This document shows positions 9,744-19,491 of a DNA stretch of 64,000 nucleotides, in pieces. A program made the translations under genes and the position numbers. The number at the start of each line of letters is the position of its first letter. Within the stretch, counting starts at the first letter, position 1. The DNA is from Candidatus Omnitrophota bacterium (GTDB lineage: Bacteria > Omnitrophota > Gorgyraeia > Gygaellales > Profunditerraquicolaceae), in assembly GCA_022710715.1 (NCBI GenBank), contig JAKLGJ010000001.1:490041-554040 (forward strand). The letters are read 5' to 3'. The notes below the pieces were generated by a model. It was not told the origin of the DNA. It worked only from the letters and a program-made list of their open reading frames with translations, and made no database searches.

Positions 9744-11298
9744 CTTTGAGGAGCTTGTATTCGATGCTGTCAAGCAGCGCCTGCCAGGAGGCTTCGATGA
9801 TATTTTCCGAGACGCCGATCGTGTTCCAGGAGTTTCTGCCGTCCTGGGACTGGACCAGTACGCGCACGCGCGCGGCGGTGCCGGGTTTGTCGTCCAGCAC
9901 GCGGACTTTGTAGTCCGATAACCGCATTTCTTTCAGCGACGGGTAGAATGCTTCCAGCGCTTTGCGCAGGGCGGTATCGAGCGCGTTGACCGGGCCGTCC
10001 CCGTCTGCCGCAGTGTGCTCGATTTTATCATTGACCTTGATCTTGATGATGGCTTCCGTGGTAACTTTGCGGTTTTTCTCCTTGTTGACCACTACCCTGA
10101 AATTCTGCAGGCTGAAGAACTCTTTGACCCCGGATAAGGCCCGCTTGAGGATCAATTCAAAAGAAGCTTCAGCGGCTTCGAAATGGTAGCCTTTCATCTC
10201 CAGCGATTGCAGGAGCGCGTGCGCCTTTCTGGTTTTGGGATCGTCCTTGGTCAGGTCAAGGTTCATATCTTTGGCCATGAGCAGGATACTGCTCTTTCCC
10301 CCTAATTCGGACAAGAGGATCCGGCGCTTATTACCGACCGCTTCAGGCTGGATATGTTCGTAGGAATCCGTGGCTTTCATTACCGCGTTGATATGCACGC
10401 CGCCTTTATGGGCAAAAGCGGAATCGCCGACATACGGCTGGTTGCTCATATGCCGGACGTTACTGATCTCACTGACGAAATAAGAAGCCGCGGACAATTT
10501 TTTCAGGTTTTCCGGCGGTATGCAACGCATGCCCAGTTTCAACTGTAGATTGGCGATGATCGGGATGAGGTCAGCGTTGCCGCAGCGTTCGCCGTAACCG
10601 TTCATCGTGCCCTGGACCATGTCGCAGCCGGCTTCCACGGCAGCGATGGAGCTGGCTACCGCCACTCCCGCGTCGTTGTGGCAATGGATGCCCAGCCTGA
10701 CCCGTAATTTTGTTTTGAGCTCTCTGACGATTGCGCTGATCTGGCCGGGCAGCGTGCCGCCGTTGGTGTCGCAAAGGATCAGGCAGTTTGCACCGGCTTC
10801 CTGCGCCGTCACCAGACATTCCAGAGCATACGCCGGGTTATCTTTGTACCCGTCGAAAAAGTGCTCTGCGTCATAAAAGACGGTAACACCGTTGGCTTTA
10901 AGGAAGCTCACGCTGTCTCCGATCATCTTCAGGTTTTCTTCAGGCGTGGTGCGCAGGACGTCTTTGACATGGTAGAGCCAGGATTTGCCGAATATGGTGA
11001 CGACTTTGGCTTTGGAAGCGATCAGTTCCTGTAAGTTCCTGTCTTTGGACGCGGCGATATCCGGCCGGCGGGTTGAACCGAAAGCGACGATAACGCTTCT
11101 ATTCAGGTTCTTTTTCGCCATTTTGGCGAAGAATTGAGCGTCTTTAGGATTTGACCCGGGCCATCCGCCTTCGATAAAAGCGACGCCCAGCTCATCGAGT
11201 TTTTCGGCGATCCGGATCTTATCCATCAGGGAATAGGCGATCCCTTCTCCCTGGCTTCCGTCACGTAATGTCGTATCGTAGGTAATGATCTGGCGCAT
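9679..11298 (-). CDS. cimA: (R)-citramalate synthase (LeuA/CimA family, Geobacter-type)
   Basis: YDTTLRDGSQ, IEGGWPGSNPKD motifs and C-terminal LeuA-dimer regulatory domain. Confidence 0.7.
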   Translation of the reverse strand: MRQIITYDTTLRDGSQGEGIAYSLMDKIRIAEKLDELGVAFIEGGWPGSNPKDAQFFAKMAKKNLNRSVIVAFGSTRRPDIAASKDRNLQELIASKAKVVTIFGKSWLYHVKDVLRTTPEENLKMIGDSVSFLKANGVTVFYDAEHFFDGYKDNPAYALECLVTAQEAGANCLILCDTNGGTLPGQISAIVRELKTKLRVRLGIHCHNDAGVAVASSIAAVEAGCDMVQGTMNGYGERCGNADLIPIIANLQLKLGMRCIPPENLKKLSAASYFVSEISNVRHMSNQPYVGDSAFAHKGGVHINAVMKATDSYEHIQPEAVGNKRRILLSELGGKSSILLMAKDMNLDLTKDDPKTRKAHALLQSLEMKGYHFEAAEASFELILKRALSGVKEFFSLQNFRVVVNKEKNRKVTTEAIIKIKVNDKIEHTAADGDGPVNALDTALRKALEAFYPSLKEMRLSDYKVRVLDDKPGTAARVRVLVQSQDGRNSWNTIGVSENIIEASWQALLDSIEYKLLKDGEKKRPLYRHSGKHNLDRTR

Positions 11299-11329
11299 GC
11301 GCGCCTCCTTCTGCTTGTCTGGCTGCGGG

Positions 11330-12547
11330 TCAGCCTAACCCGAATTCCTTATGCAGCATCTTGACTGCGGTTTCTCCGAATTTTTTCTTAATGATACAGG
11401 AAATACTGATGTCCGATGTCGAGATCATTTCGATATTGATTTTGTTGTCTGCCAGGGTGCCGAACATCTTGGCGGCAACGCCGGGATGGGATTTCATGCC
11501 GATACCGACAATGCCGACCCGTGAGATGTCGTCGTCAAGCACCACGTCTCCCGCGCCGATGTCACTGGCGATCTTCTGGGTGAGTTTCACCGCTTTGGCG
11601 CACTGCGCTTTTCCCACGGTGAATGAAATGTCGGTTTTCTTGGTATGGCTGACGTTCTGAACGATCATATCCACGTTCACGCCGCCGTCGGAAAGGTTCT
11701 GGAACAGGTCGGCTGCCACGCCGGGTTTATCCGGGACGTCGCAAACGGTGATCTTGGCTTCGTTTTTATTCAAAGTGACTCCGGTAATCAATGCCTCTTC
11801 CATTCTATTGACCTCCTTGACGATCATGGTTCCCGGGTTTGTGGAAATCGAAGAGCGGACGTGCAACGGAACATTGAATTTCTTTGCGACTTCGATGGAA
11901 CGCGCCTGCATGACCTGCGCGCCCAGCGAGGCCATTTCCAGCATTTCATCGAAGGTGATCGCTTTGAGTTTTTTTGCTCTGGGTTCGATGCGCGGGTCGG
12001 TGGAATAAATGCCTTCAACGTCCGTGTAGATCTCGCATTCGTTCGCCTGCAGCGCAGTGGCCAGCGCGACTGCGGTCAGGTCGCTGCCGCCGCGGCCGAG
12101 CGTGGTGATGTTGTGGTCCATGGTTACGCCCTGGAAGCCGGCAACGATCACGATTCTGCCTCTTTTGATCTGCTCGCGGATGCGTTCGGCGTTGATCTTG
12201 ATGATGCGCGCTTTGGTATAATTAGCGTCGGTAATGATGCCGACTTGCGCCCCGGTGAAAGAAATCGCCTCAAAACCGAGTTTGTGAATAGCCATGGCCA
12301 GCAGGGCCACGGAAATCTGCTCTCCGGTGGATAGGAGCATGTCCATTTCGCGCTCTTCCGGCTCGGGATTGATCTGATTCGCCAGCTCGAGTAGTTCGTC
12401 CGTGGTGTCTGCCATGGCTGAAACCACTACCACCAGATCATGCCCTTCTTTTTTATAACCGATCACGCGTTTGGCCACGTTCTGTATGCGTTCCACATTC
12501 GCTACCGATGAACCGCCGAATTTCTGAACAATGAGTTTCTTTGCCAT
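11330..12547 (-). CDS. lysC: aspartate kinase
   Basis: KFGGSSV nucleotide-binding N-terminus, tandem C-terminal ACT domains. Start trimmed to MAKKLIVQKFGG. Confidence 0.9.
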   Translation of the reverse strand: MAKKLIVQKFGGSSVANVERIQNVAKRVIGYKKEGHDLVVVVSAMADTTDELLELANQINPEPEEREMDMLLSTGEQISVALLAMAIHKLGFEAISFTGAQVGIITDANYTKARIIKINAERIREQIKRGRIVIVAGFQGVTMDHNITTLGRGGSDLTAVALATALQANECEIYTDVEGIYSTDPRIEPRAKKLKAITFDEMLEMASLGAQVMQARSIEVAKKFNVPLHVRSSISTNPGTMIVKEVNRMEEALITGVTLNKNEAKITVCDVPDKPGVAADLFQNLSDGGVNVDMIVQNVSHTKKTDISFTVGKAQCAKAVKLTQKIASDIGAGDVVLDDDISRVGIVGIGMKSHPGVAAKMFGTLADNKINIEMISTSDISISCIIKKKFGETAVKMLHKEFGLG

Positions 12548-12622
12548 TCCTTCTGTCGCTCCTTTGGCCACAGGGCCACACCAACGCAATTCCTTATTAG
12601 CGTTGGGTGTCTGCGAAATGCC

Positions 12623-13015
12623 CTACTTATTACGCATGTACGATATCCCGACGCGGTATCGTTCTTCAGTTTCCAGTTTCCTGCAGTATGCCACTTTGCC
12701 TTTGACTTTACCGGCTTCCTTGTAATCGGCGAAAGGGAATTTGATCAATAATCCCACGACGCCCTCAATCTGTTTGTTGCAGTTGAAGGCGATGCCCCCC
12801 ATATTGATATCATCGATGACATATTCGGTTTCGCCCGCAAGTTCCGCCGGCGAGGTGATTCTGCAGGTCATCTGCTTGTCTTGCGGAATCCTGATGCGCA
12901 GCCAGCGTCTTCTTTTGAGCCGCAGTTTTTTCTGCCATTCCTGCAGGAGCGTAAACAAAACAAGGCTTACCAGGATAGCTACCAGCACTCCCAACAGCAC
13001 AAGCACGTTTTTCAT
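12623..13015 (-). CDS. PilZ domain protein with N-terminal TM helix (c-di-GMP receptor-like)
   Basis: RRRWLRIR (RxxxR) and DDINMGGIAF (DxSxGG-like) PilZ motifs; hydrophobic N-terminus. Confidence 0.65.
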   Translation of the reverse strand: MKNVLVLLGVLVAILVSLVLFTLLQEWQKKLRLKRRRWLRIRIPQDKQMTCRITSPAELAGETEYVIDDINMGGIAFNCNKQIEGVVGLLIKFPFADYKEAGKVKGKVAYCRKLETEERYRVGISYMRNK

Positions 13016-13039
13016 GAACCTTTCCTCCGGATTGGTGTC

Positions 13040-14245
13040 TTAGGCGGAATCTGATTTAATGAAAAATTCCATCAGCTGGTGTCCCTGTTCGAATATCAAA
13101 TCGGATTTTTCTGCTTCTTTCTCGCTGTAACCGGCGAAACCCCGCCCCGTTATTCCTTTGCCGAATATCCCGAAACAGATCGGGTCGGCGGTGTGGGTTC
13201 TTAACGGGATCGGCGTCGCATGGTCGGGCAATACCAGAATCCTGAAATTGCGGTTGTTCTTAAAGGCTTCGAGTATCCCGCCGACTATATACTGGTCAAA
13301 ACGCTCTATAGCCAGGATCTTTTCGCGCAGGTCGCCGTTGTGCCCTGCTTCGTCCGGCGCTTCGACATGCACGAAAACGAAATCCTTCTTTTCGAGAGAT
13401 TTGATCGCGGCTATCGCTTTGCCTTCATAATTGGTATCGTAATACCCGGTTGCCCCGGGTACATTGATGACTTCGAGCCCGATCATTTTGCCAAACCCTT
13501 TGATCAGGTCTACCGCGGAAATAACGCTGCCGTTGAATCCGAATTTTTCCTGAAAGCTCGGTAATCGGGGTTTCTTCCCCTGTCCCCACAGCCAGATCAT
13601 ATTCGCGGGGTTTTCTTTCAGGTCCACGCGGACGTGATTGATCTCCTGCTCTTCCAGTACCGACCGGGAGGCCTGCATCAGGTCCAACAGCGTTTGCGCG
13701 TTCTTGCCCGCGGGTAAATGATCTTTGATCTTCTTCCCCAGGATATCGTGGGGCGCGGTGCAGGCTACCTGATCCAGCCCCTGCAGCACGCCGTTCTTAA
13801 CCAGCAGGAGATGCCGGTAGCTGATCCCCGGGTAAAATTTAAACCGCTCGTTGCCCAGTTTCTCGTCAATCGCTTTGATCAATTGCGCGGCTTCTTTCGA
13901 ACTGATGTGCCCGGCGCTGTAATCCTGCATGGCCTCGTCGGCGATCGTGACCAGGTTGCAGCGGAAAGCCACGTCATTCTCTTCCAGAACGACGCCGAGA
14001 TTCTCCGCTTCCAGCGGCCCGCGGCCCGAATAATACGTTCTGGGATCGTAGCCGAGAATAGACATATTGGCTACATCCGACGCCGGGGTCATCTTTTCCG
14101 GGACAGTGCGGATCTTGCCCAGGCGGCCGTTGCGGGCGATAAAGTCCATATGCGGGGTGCGCGCGGTCTCCAGCGGAGTCCTGCCTCCCAGTTCTTCTAT
14201 GGGGTAATCTGCCATCCCGTCGCCGACCAAGACGATATATTTCAT
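13040..14245 (-). CDS. apgM: 2,3-bisphosphoglycerate-independent phosphoglycerate mutase, archaeal-type
   Basis: MKYIVLVGDGMAD N-terminus and ApgM/metalloenzyme-superfamily pattern; 401 aa. Confidence 0.8.
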   Translation of the reverse strand: MKYIVLVGDGMADYPIEELGGRTPLETARTPHMDFIARNGRLGKIRTVPEKMTPASDVANMSILGYDPRTYYSGRGPLEAENLGVVLEENDVAFRCNLVTIADEAMQDYSAGHISSKEAAQLIKAIDEKLGNERFKFYPGISYRHLLLVKNGVLQGLDQVACTAPHDILGKKIKDHLPAGKNAQTLLDLMQASRSVLEEQEINHVRVDLKENPANMIWLWGQGKKPRLPSFQEKFGFNGSVISAVDLIKGFGKMIGLEVINVPGATGYYDTNYEGKAIAAIKSLEKKDFVFVHVEAPDEAGHNGDLREKILAIERFDQYIVGGILEAFKNNRNFRILVLPDHATPIPLRTHTADPICFGIFGKGITGRGFAGYSEKEAEKSDLIFEQGHQLMEFFIKSDSA

Positions 14246-14883
14246 AATCCCGTGACCGTTTGTACCAGCGCTTCTATAACCGCGTTTTTGGAATTCAGTT
14301 TTTCAGACACTCCTGAAATCGTCACCAGCCAGGCTGCGTACCGGCCTTTGTGCGCGGTATTCGCCACCACCATATCCAGTTCAGCTGTTTCGAGCAATTC
14401 CTGCGCCCGCTTGATCAGTATCGCTTGCGCGGCGCCCGGCTCGAATTTGAAGCCTACCGCGAAACTCTGGCTGGCGAAACGGCTGATACGCGCGATCAGC
14501 TTGGGCGTTCTCACCAGCCGCAGCGTCAACTCCGGGCGGTCGGATCTTATTTTATTCACCGCTGTCGCCGCAGGTTTGTAATCCGAAACCGCGGCGGTAT
14601 GGATTACCGCGTCGTACTTTTTCTTCAGCTCCGCGTCAAAGAGTCGGGCAAGCTCGTCAAAAAAACGGAATCGCCGCAGGGTAATACCGGCGAACGTCGC
14701 CGGGGGTTGCTGCGCAGCGGCCGGTCCGAGCAAGAGCGTCACCCGGCAACCGGTCTGCGCCAATCGGCGCGCCAGGGTTATCCCGGTTTCTCCGGATCCG
14801 GTGTTGCTGATGACGCGCACCGGATCAATGGCCACCCAGGTCGGCCCTGCGGTGATAAGGATTCTTTTCGCGCGTCGGTTCAT
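14242..14883 (-). CDS. coaB: phosphopantothenate--cysteine ligase (stand-alone CoaB domain)
   Basis: ILITAGPT...ISNTGSGETG CoaB signature; no CoaC flavoprotein domain in the ORF. Confidence 0.75.
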   Translation of the reverse strand: MNRRAKRILITAGPTWVAIDPVRVISNTGSGETGITLARRLAQTGCRVTLLLGPAAAQQPPATFAGITLRRFRFFDELARLFDAELKKKYDAVIHTAAVSDYKPAATAVNKIRSDRPELTLRLVRTPKLIARISRFASQSFAVGFKFEPGAAQAILIKRAQELLETAELDMVVANTAHKGRYAAWLVTISGVSEKLNSKNAVIEALVQTVTGL

Positions 14884-15951
14884 CTAAAGGCCGATTTCCG
14901 CCAGGATAGCCTTGAGTTCAGGCTTGACCACTTTCGGTTCCTGAACGGATTTGATCGCTCTATCCGGGTCTTTGAGCCCGTGGCCGGTCAGGATACAGAC
15001 GATTTTCCTGTTGCCGGGATCGCTGGAAGCGAAAAAACCTGTTTTGATCAATTTAAGCAGCCCGGCAATCGACGCGCAGGAAGCCGGCTCGGCGAATACG
15101 CCTTCTTTGACCGCCATAAGCTTATAGGCGTCGATAATTTCATTGTCTGAAACGCAGTCGATCAGGCCGCCGGATTCATCGCGGGCCGCCTCCGCCTGTT
15201 TCCAGCTGGCCGGATTGCCGATGCGTATGGCCGTAGCAATGGTCTCGGGATCCTTGATCGGGTGTCCCCGTACGATCGGAGCCGCTCCTTCCGCCTGAAA
15301 ACCCAGCATTCTCGGCAGATGTTTGATCCTGCCGGCCTGCTTATATTCTTTGTAGCCTTTCCAGTAGGCGGTGATGTTGCCGGCATTGCCGACAGGTATG
15401 ATATGGAATGACGGCGCGGTTTCCAGCGCGTCGCAAATTTCAAAGCTGCCGGTTTTTTGACCTTCGATGCGGAAAGGATTAAGCGAATTGACCAGCGTGA
15501 TCGGGTATTTTTGAGTGATTTCCTTTACCAGGTCCAGCGCCACGTCGAAATTTCCGTTAACCTGCAGCACGATTGCCCCGTGTATCAGCGCCTGGCTCAA
15601 TTTGCCCAGAGCGATGTGGCCGTTGGGGATCAGTACCACGCATTTAAGCCCGGCTTTAGCCGAATAGGCTGCCGCGGAGGCCGAGGTGTTTCCGGTAGAC
15701 GCGCAGATGACCACTTTGCTTTTTTCTTCGCAGGCTTTAGAGATAGCCATGGTCATCCCCCGGTCCTTGAATGAACCGGTGGGATTGAGTCCCTCGTATT
15801 TAAGATACACCTGCCATCCCGCGCCGACCAGGGAGCTCAAATGCGGCGCCAGGATCAGCGGGGTGTTGCCTTCGTTAAGGGTCACCACCGGCGTTGTATC
15901 GGTTACCGGCAGATACGTCCTGTAAGCGTTAATCAGTCCTGTGTAATGCAT
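14884..15951 (-). CDS. thrC: threonine synthase
   Basis: PLP-dependent fold type II; GNPTGSFKDRG Lys motif. Confidence 0.9.
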   Translation of the reverse strand: MHYTGLINAYRTYLPVTDTTPVVTLNEGNTPLILAPHLSSLVGAGWQVYLKYEGLNPTGSFKDRGMTMAISKACEEKSKVVICASTGNTSASAAAYSAKAGLKCVVLIPNGHIALGKLSQALIHGAIVLQVNGNFDVALDLVKEITQKYPITLVNSLNPFRIEGQKTGSFEICDALETAPSFHIIPVGNAGNITAYWKGYKEYKQAGRIKHLPRMLGFQAEGAAPIVRGHPIKDPETIATAIRIGNPASWKQAEAARDESGGLIDCVSDNEIIDAYKLMAVKEGVFAEPASCASIAGLLKLIKTGFFASSDPGNRKIVCILTGHGLKDPDRAIKSVQEPKVVKPELKAILAEIGL

Positions 15952-15953
15952 AG

Positions 15954-17249
15954 TTAAATATCTTCGATCCGTATCGCTACCGAGGGTTCGTGAATAATGT
16001 TCATCTTGTCGATAATCGCCAGCGCGGTGCGCAGGTCTTTTTCTTTCGCTTCGTGAATGACCATGACAATGGGCACGCTTTTGGCGCGGCGACGCTCTTT
16101 CTGGGTGACCGAAGCGATGCTGATCGAATACCTGGCCAGCACGCCGGCGATCTTGGCCAGCACGCCCGGTTTATCCTGCGCCATGAAACGGATGTAGTAA
16201 CGGGATTCGATCTCGTCGATCTTCCGCAGTTTCTTGACAGAAGTATCTTCTATGACATTCAACGTGGGACGAAACAGTCCGGCTTTGATGCCCTGGGTAA
16301 GATCGACCAGGTCCGAGACGACCGCCGAAGCCGCGGACAGCTGGCCTGCCCCCGGGCCGAAGAAAAGCAGGTTGCCGGCCAGGTCGGAAGCGACATGCAT
16401 GGCATTGTTGACGCCATTGACGGAAGCCAGCAAATGCTCCGTGGGTATCAGGGTGGGATGCACCCTGACTTCCAGGCTATCCTCCTCTTTCTTGGCGATC
16501 GCCAGCAGTTTTATCTCGAAGCCGAGCTCTTTAGCGTAGTTGATATCGTAGAGCGAAACCCGGGATATCCCTTCGATAAATACGTCGTCCAGGCTGATCA
16601 ACCTGCCGAATCCCAGGTAGGTCAGCAGGACCAGTTTATGCGCGGAATCGATCCCTTCGATATCCAGCGTGGGGTCTTTTTCGGCGAATCCTTTTGCCTG
16701 GGCTTCTTTCAGGGCTTCGTTGAACGAACAGTTGTCATCGGACATCTTGCTTAGCACGAAATTCGACGTGCCGTTGACGATGCCGAAAATGCTGGAAAAT
16801 TTATTGGCCACCAGACCTTCGCGCAAGGCTTTGATAATAGGGATGCCGCCGCCCACGGAAGCTTCGAAATAAATGCTCTTGCCGTTATCGATCGCGGTGG
16901 CGAACATCTCTTTACCGTGTTCGGCCAGCAGCGCTTTGTTGGCGGTGACGATGTGTTTGCCTTTTTTGAGCGCTTGGCTGATGAACTCTTTGGCCGGATG
17001 GATACCGCCGATAAGCTCTACGATCACATCGATCTGGGGATCGTTGATGACCGCAGCAACGTCTGCAGTGAGCAGTTCTTTGGGGACGGCGACGTTGCGG
17101 CGGGAGGCCAGATCCTTGTCGCAAATCTGCTTGATGATCAGTTCGGTGCCGATCTTGTCGGCAAGCATTTTCCTGCGTTCCCGCAGGATCCTGACCACGC
17201 CGGAACCGACCGTGCCGAATCCGATAATGCCGATATTGATCTTTTTCAT
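15954..17249 (-). CDS. hom: homoserine dehydrogenase
   Basis: IGIIGFGTVGSGV Rossmann motif, catalytic domain, C-terminal ACT domain. Confidence 0.9.
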   Translation of the reverse strand: MKKINIGIIGFGTVGSGVVRILRERRKMLADKIGTELIIKQICDKDLASRRNVAVPKELLTADVAAVINDPQIDVIVELIGGIHPAKEFISQALKKGKHIVTANKALLAEHGKEMFATAIDNGKSIYFEASVGGGIPIIKALREGLVANKFSSIFGIVNGTSNFVLSKMSDDNCSFNEALKEAQAKGFAEKDPTLDIEGIDSAHKLVLLTYLGFGRLISLDDVFIEGISRVSLYDINYAKELGFEIKLLAIAKKEEDSLEVRVHPTLIPTEHLLASVNGVNNAMHVASDLAGNLLFFGPGAGQLSAASAVVSDLVDLTQGIKAGLFRPTLNVIEDTSVKKLRKIDEIESRYYIRFMAQDKPGVLAKIAGVLARYSISIASVTQKERRRAKSVPIVMVIHEAKEKDLRTALAIIDKMNIIHEPSVAIRIEDI

Positions 17250-17614
17250 GACGTCGGCTTCTTGTCTTTGTTTACGTAATACCCGACCGTCTTGCTGATG
17301 ATGCTGCGATGATTTTCGTCGATCGCAAGGAATTCGAGCCGGGTATCATAGATGAGGTCTTTGGTGATCTCTGTCGATTCGATGACCTTGCCGATCATCA
17401 TGATGGGGTTGCGTTCGAACGGAAGGCGTATTTCGATGGCAAGGTGCATGCCCGATTCGAACTTGCGGCTGGTGGTCAACAACATACCTCCCAGGCTCAT
17501 GTTCTTTGTCTGGGTAATGTCGGTGTTGTTGATCTCGTCGAGAACGCGATAGGAAACAATGAAGTTAGCCCTTATTCGGTCGCTTTTGCGTCTTTCTACT
17601 CCCTGATAGCCCAT
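17246..17614 (-). CDS. PilZ domain protein
   Basis: RRKSDRIR (RxxxR) and DITQTKNMSLGGMLL (DxSxGG) motifs; 122 aa. Confidence 0.65.
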   Translation of the reverse strand: MGYQGVERRKSDRIRANFIVSYRVLDEINNTDITQTKNMSLGGMLLTTSRKFESGMHLAIEIRLPFERNPIMMIGKVIESTEITKDLIYDTRLEFLAIDENHRSIISKTVGYYVNKDKKPTS

Positions 17615-17975
17615 AATGCTCCTCCTTCTTGGTCAACACCCAGGCGATATATGTGCGCAGCATGCGTAGCGCTTTGTCTGTCACGTGTATGAAAGCTACT
17701 CCCGTCAGATGCGCTCCGGACAGCGTTTTTTGCGACGTTACCACGGTGCCCTGTAACTGCAGCGTCTTGCGGGGAGTATGAGAAAGAAATAACCGCATTC
17801 GAAGCGTTTGTTTGGCGGTAAGTTTTTTTTCCGTCAGGATGCAGATACCCGCTTCGCTTAAGTTCAGTATCGGTGAATCCATCCACGACGCCTTGAGTTC
17901 GTTCCCTCTGAAGGAACACACCGCGGTAATGGATTTTTTTATCCTGAATGATTCCCGTTTTTCCTTCTGCACCAT
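17565..17975 (-). CDS. PilZ-like domain protein
   Basis: KRESFRIKK...ILNLSEAGICIL PilZ-like motifs. ORF-caller N-terminus (MARALEWGSRGHRFKSCRPDH) is translated tRNA-Pro and was trimmed to MVQKEK. Confidence 0.5.
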   Translation of the reverse strand: MVQKEKRESFRIKKSITAVCSFRGNELKASWMDSPILNLSEAGICILTEKKLTAKQTLRMRLFLSHTPRKTLQLQGTVVTSQKTLSGAHLTGVAFIHVTDKALRMLRTYIAWVLTKKEEHYGLSGSRKTQKRPNKG

Positions 17976-18003
17976 CGGGTGATTTCCCGCCTGTAGTTGT
18001 ACA

Positions 18004-18081
18004 TGGTCGGGGCGACAGGACTTGAACCTGTGACCTCTTGAACCCCATTCAAGCGCTCTAGCCAAACTGAGCCACGCCCCG
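18004..18081 (-). tRNA. tRNA-Pro (anticodon GGG), CCA encoded
   Basis: Cloverleaf read directly: acceptor CGGGGCG/CGCCCCG, D-loop with GG, anticodon loop AUGGGGU, T-loop TTCAAGT, discriminator A + CCA. Confidence 0.9.
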
Positions 18082-18086
18082 TAAAT

Positions 18087-19088
18087 TTATTCCGCTTTTT
18101 TCTGCCGGGTCATCAGATCCACGACGGCGGCATGCGGAGATTTATTCTTATAAAGAACGAGATATACTTCGCGCGTGATCGGCATATCTACTTTGTGTTT
18201 GATGCTTAAAGCGTAGGCTGATTTTGCCGTCGGCACGCCTTCCGCGACCATATCCATATGGGAGAGCACTGTCCGGGGAGATTCCCCTTTGCCGATCTGC
18301 TCGCCCACGAACCGGTTGCGGCTGTGCGCGCTGAAACACGTGGTGACCAGGTCTCCCAGCCCGCTGATCCCGCTGAACGTTTTAGCTACGGCTCCCAGGG
18401 TGTGTCCCAGCCGGGAGATTTCCGCCAAACCCCTTGAAAGCAACGCCGCTTTAGTGTTGCTGCCGAAACCCAATCCGTCGGCAATCCCGCAGGCGATGGC
18501 GATTACGTTTTTCAGGCTGCCGCCGATTTCAGCCCCGATGACGTCGTCGGAGGTGTAGATCCTGAACCGGTCAGTCATGAATATATCCTGCAGGTGTTCC
18601 CGGACGCGCTTGTTGTGCGAAGCGATGACCGCGGTCGTCGGGATGCCTGCCGCCACTTCCGCGGCAATCGTCGGCCCGGATAAAACGCCCAGGTGCAGGG
18701 AACCCAGTTCTTCATGGATGATCTCGGAAATGCGCTTGAGCGATCCGATCTCTATTCCTTTGGTCACGCTGACAAACAACGCCTGTTTCGGATGCCCCGC
18801 TTTTTTCAGCCTGCGGAGAATCCCGCGGATATACTGCGACGGGATGGCGATGACGATGATGGTTTTACCGGCCACCGCACGGTCCAGATCCGCGGTTATA
18901 TCTATCTGCCCGGGTATGGCAAAGCCCGGCAGGAATTTAGCGTTGAATCGTTTCTTGTCCAGCACGCGGGCATACTCGGGAAACGCGCTCCAGAGGCTTA
19001 CCGAAAAACCTTTGCGCGCCAGCAGGATCGCCAGCGTCGTTCCCCACCCTCCGTCCCCTAATACGGCAATCGCGGTTTTCTTGGCCAT
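18087..19088 (-). CDS. gpsA: NAD(P)H-dependent glycerol-3-phosphate dehydrogenase
   Basis: IAVLGDGGWGTTLA Rossmann N-terminus and GpsA catalytic region. Confidence 0.9.
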   Translation of the reverse strand: MAKKTAIAVLGDGGWGTTLAILLARKGFSVSLWSAFPEYARVLDKKRFNAKFLPGFAIPGQIDITADLDRAVAGKTIIVIAIPSQYIRGILRRLKKAGHPKQALFVSVTKGIEIGSLKRISEIIHEELGSLHLGVLSGPTIAAEVAAGIPTTAVIASHNKRVREHLQDIFMTDRFRIYTSDDVIGAEIGGSLKNVIAIACGIADGLGFGSNTKAALLSRGLAEISRLGHTLGAVAKTFSGISGLGDLVTTCFSAHSRNRFVGEQIGKGESPRTVLSHMDMVAEGVPTAKSAYALSIKHKVDMPITREVYLVLYKNKSPHAAVVDLMTRQKKAE

Positions 19089-19091
19089 GGT

Positions 19092-19478
19092 TTAATGTTT
19101 ATCCATGAAATGGATCCTGGGGTAAATATTGGTCAGGTTCTTTTCTTCGCGCGTAATGATGTTGATGCCCACGTCGAATGTCCCGTCGTCTTTGCCTTCG
19201 ATGCGCACGACTTTGCCGACGATACCGTTCTGGTAGACGAAACTGGTTTTATCCATATCCTGGCAGAACGACAGGTCGCTCTTATTGAATGAGAGCCAGA
19301 GAATATCGTCCATGTTCACTTTGTCTTTGATGTTGCACAACAGGCCGTTCTGGCTGACATTGACCGTGTATCCCTCGAAAAGTTTGGTCAGGGTCTCCTT
19401 TTTGCAGATCTTGTACGCCAGCGGCGTGATCAAGGGCAGACGGGGGAATTCCCTGCGTTCGCTACCGTTTTTATCCAT
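19092..19478 (-). CDS. PilZ domain protein
   Basis: RREFPRLPL (RxxxR) and TVNVSQNGLL (DxSxGG-like); 128 aa. Confidence 0.6.
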   Translation of the reverse strand: MDKNGSERREFPRLPLITPLAYKICKKETLTKLFEGYTVNVSQNGLLCNIKDKVNMDDILWLSFNKSDLSFCQDMDKTSFVYQNGIVGKVVRIEGKDDGTFDVGINIITREEKNLTNIYPRIHFMDKH

Positions 19479-19491
19479 AGGTTACATCCAG

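Noticed and set aside
17976-18065. N-terminal 30 residues of ORF 17565-18065 (MARALEWGSRGHRFKSCRPDH) and N-terminal 25 residues of ORF 19492-20322 (MRVRFPSPAPLQLG)
   Set aside because: These are translations of tRNA-Pro and tRNA-Gly respectively; CDS starts were moved to the first Met downstream of the tRNAs
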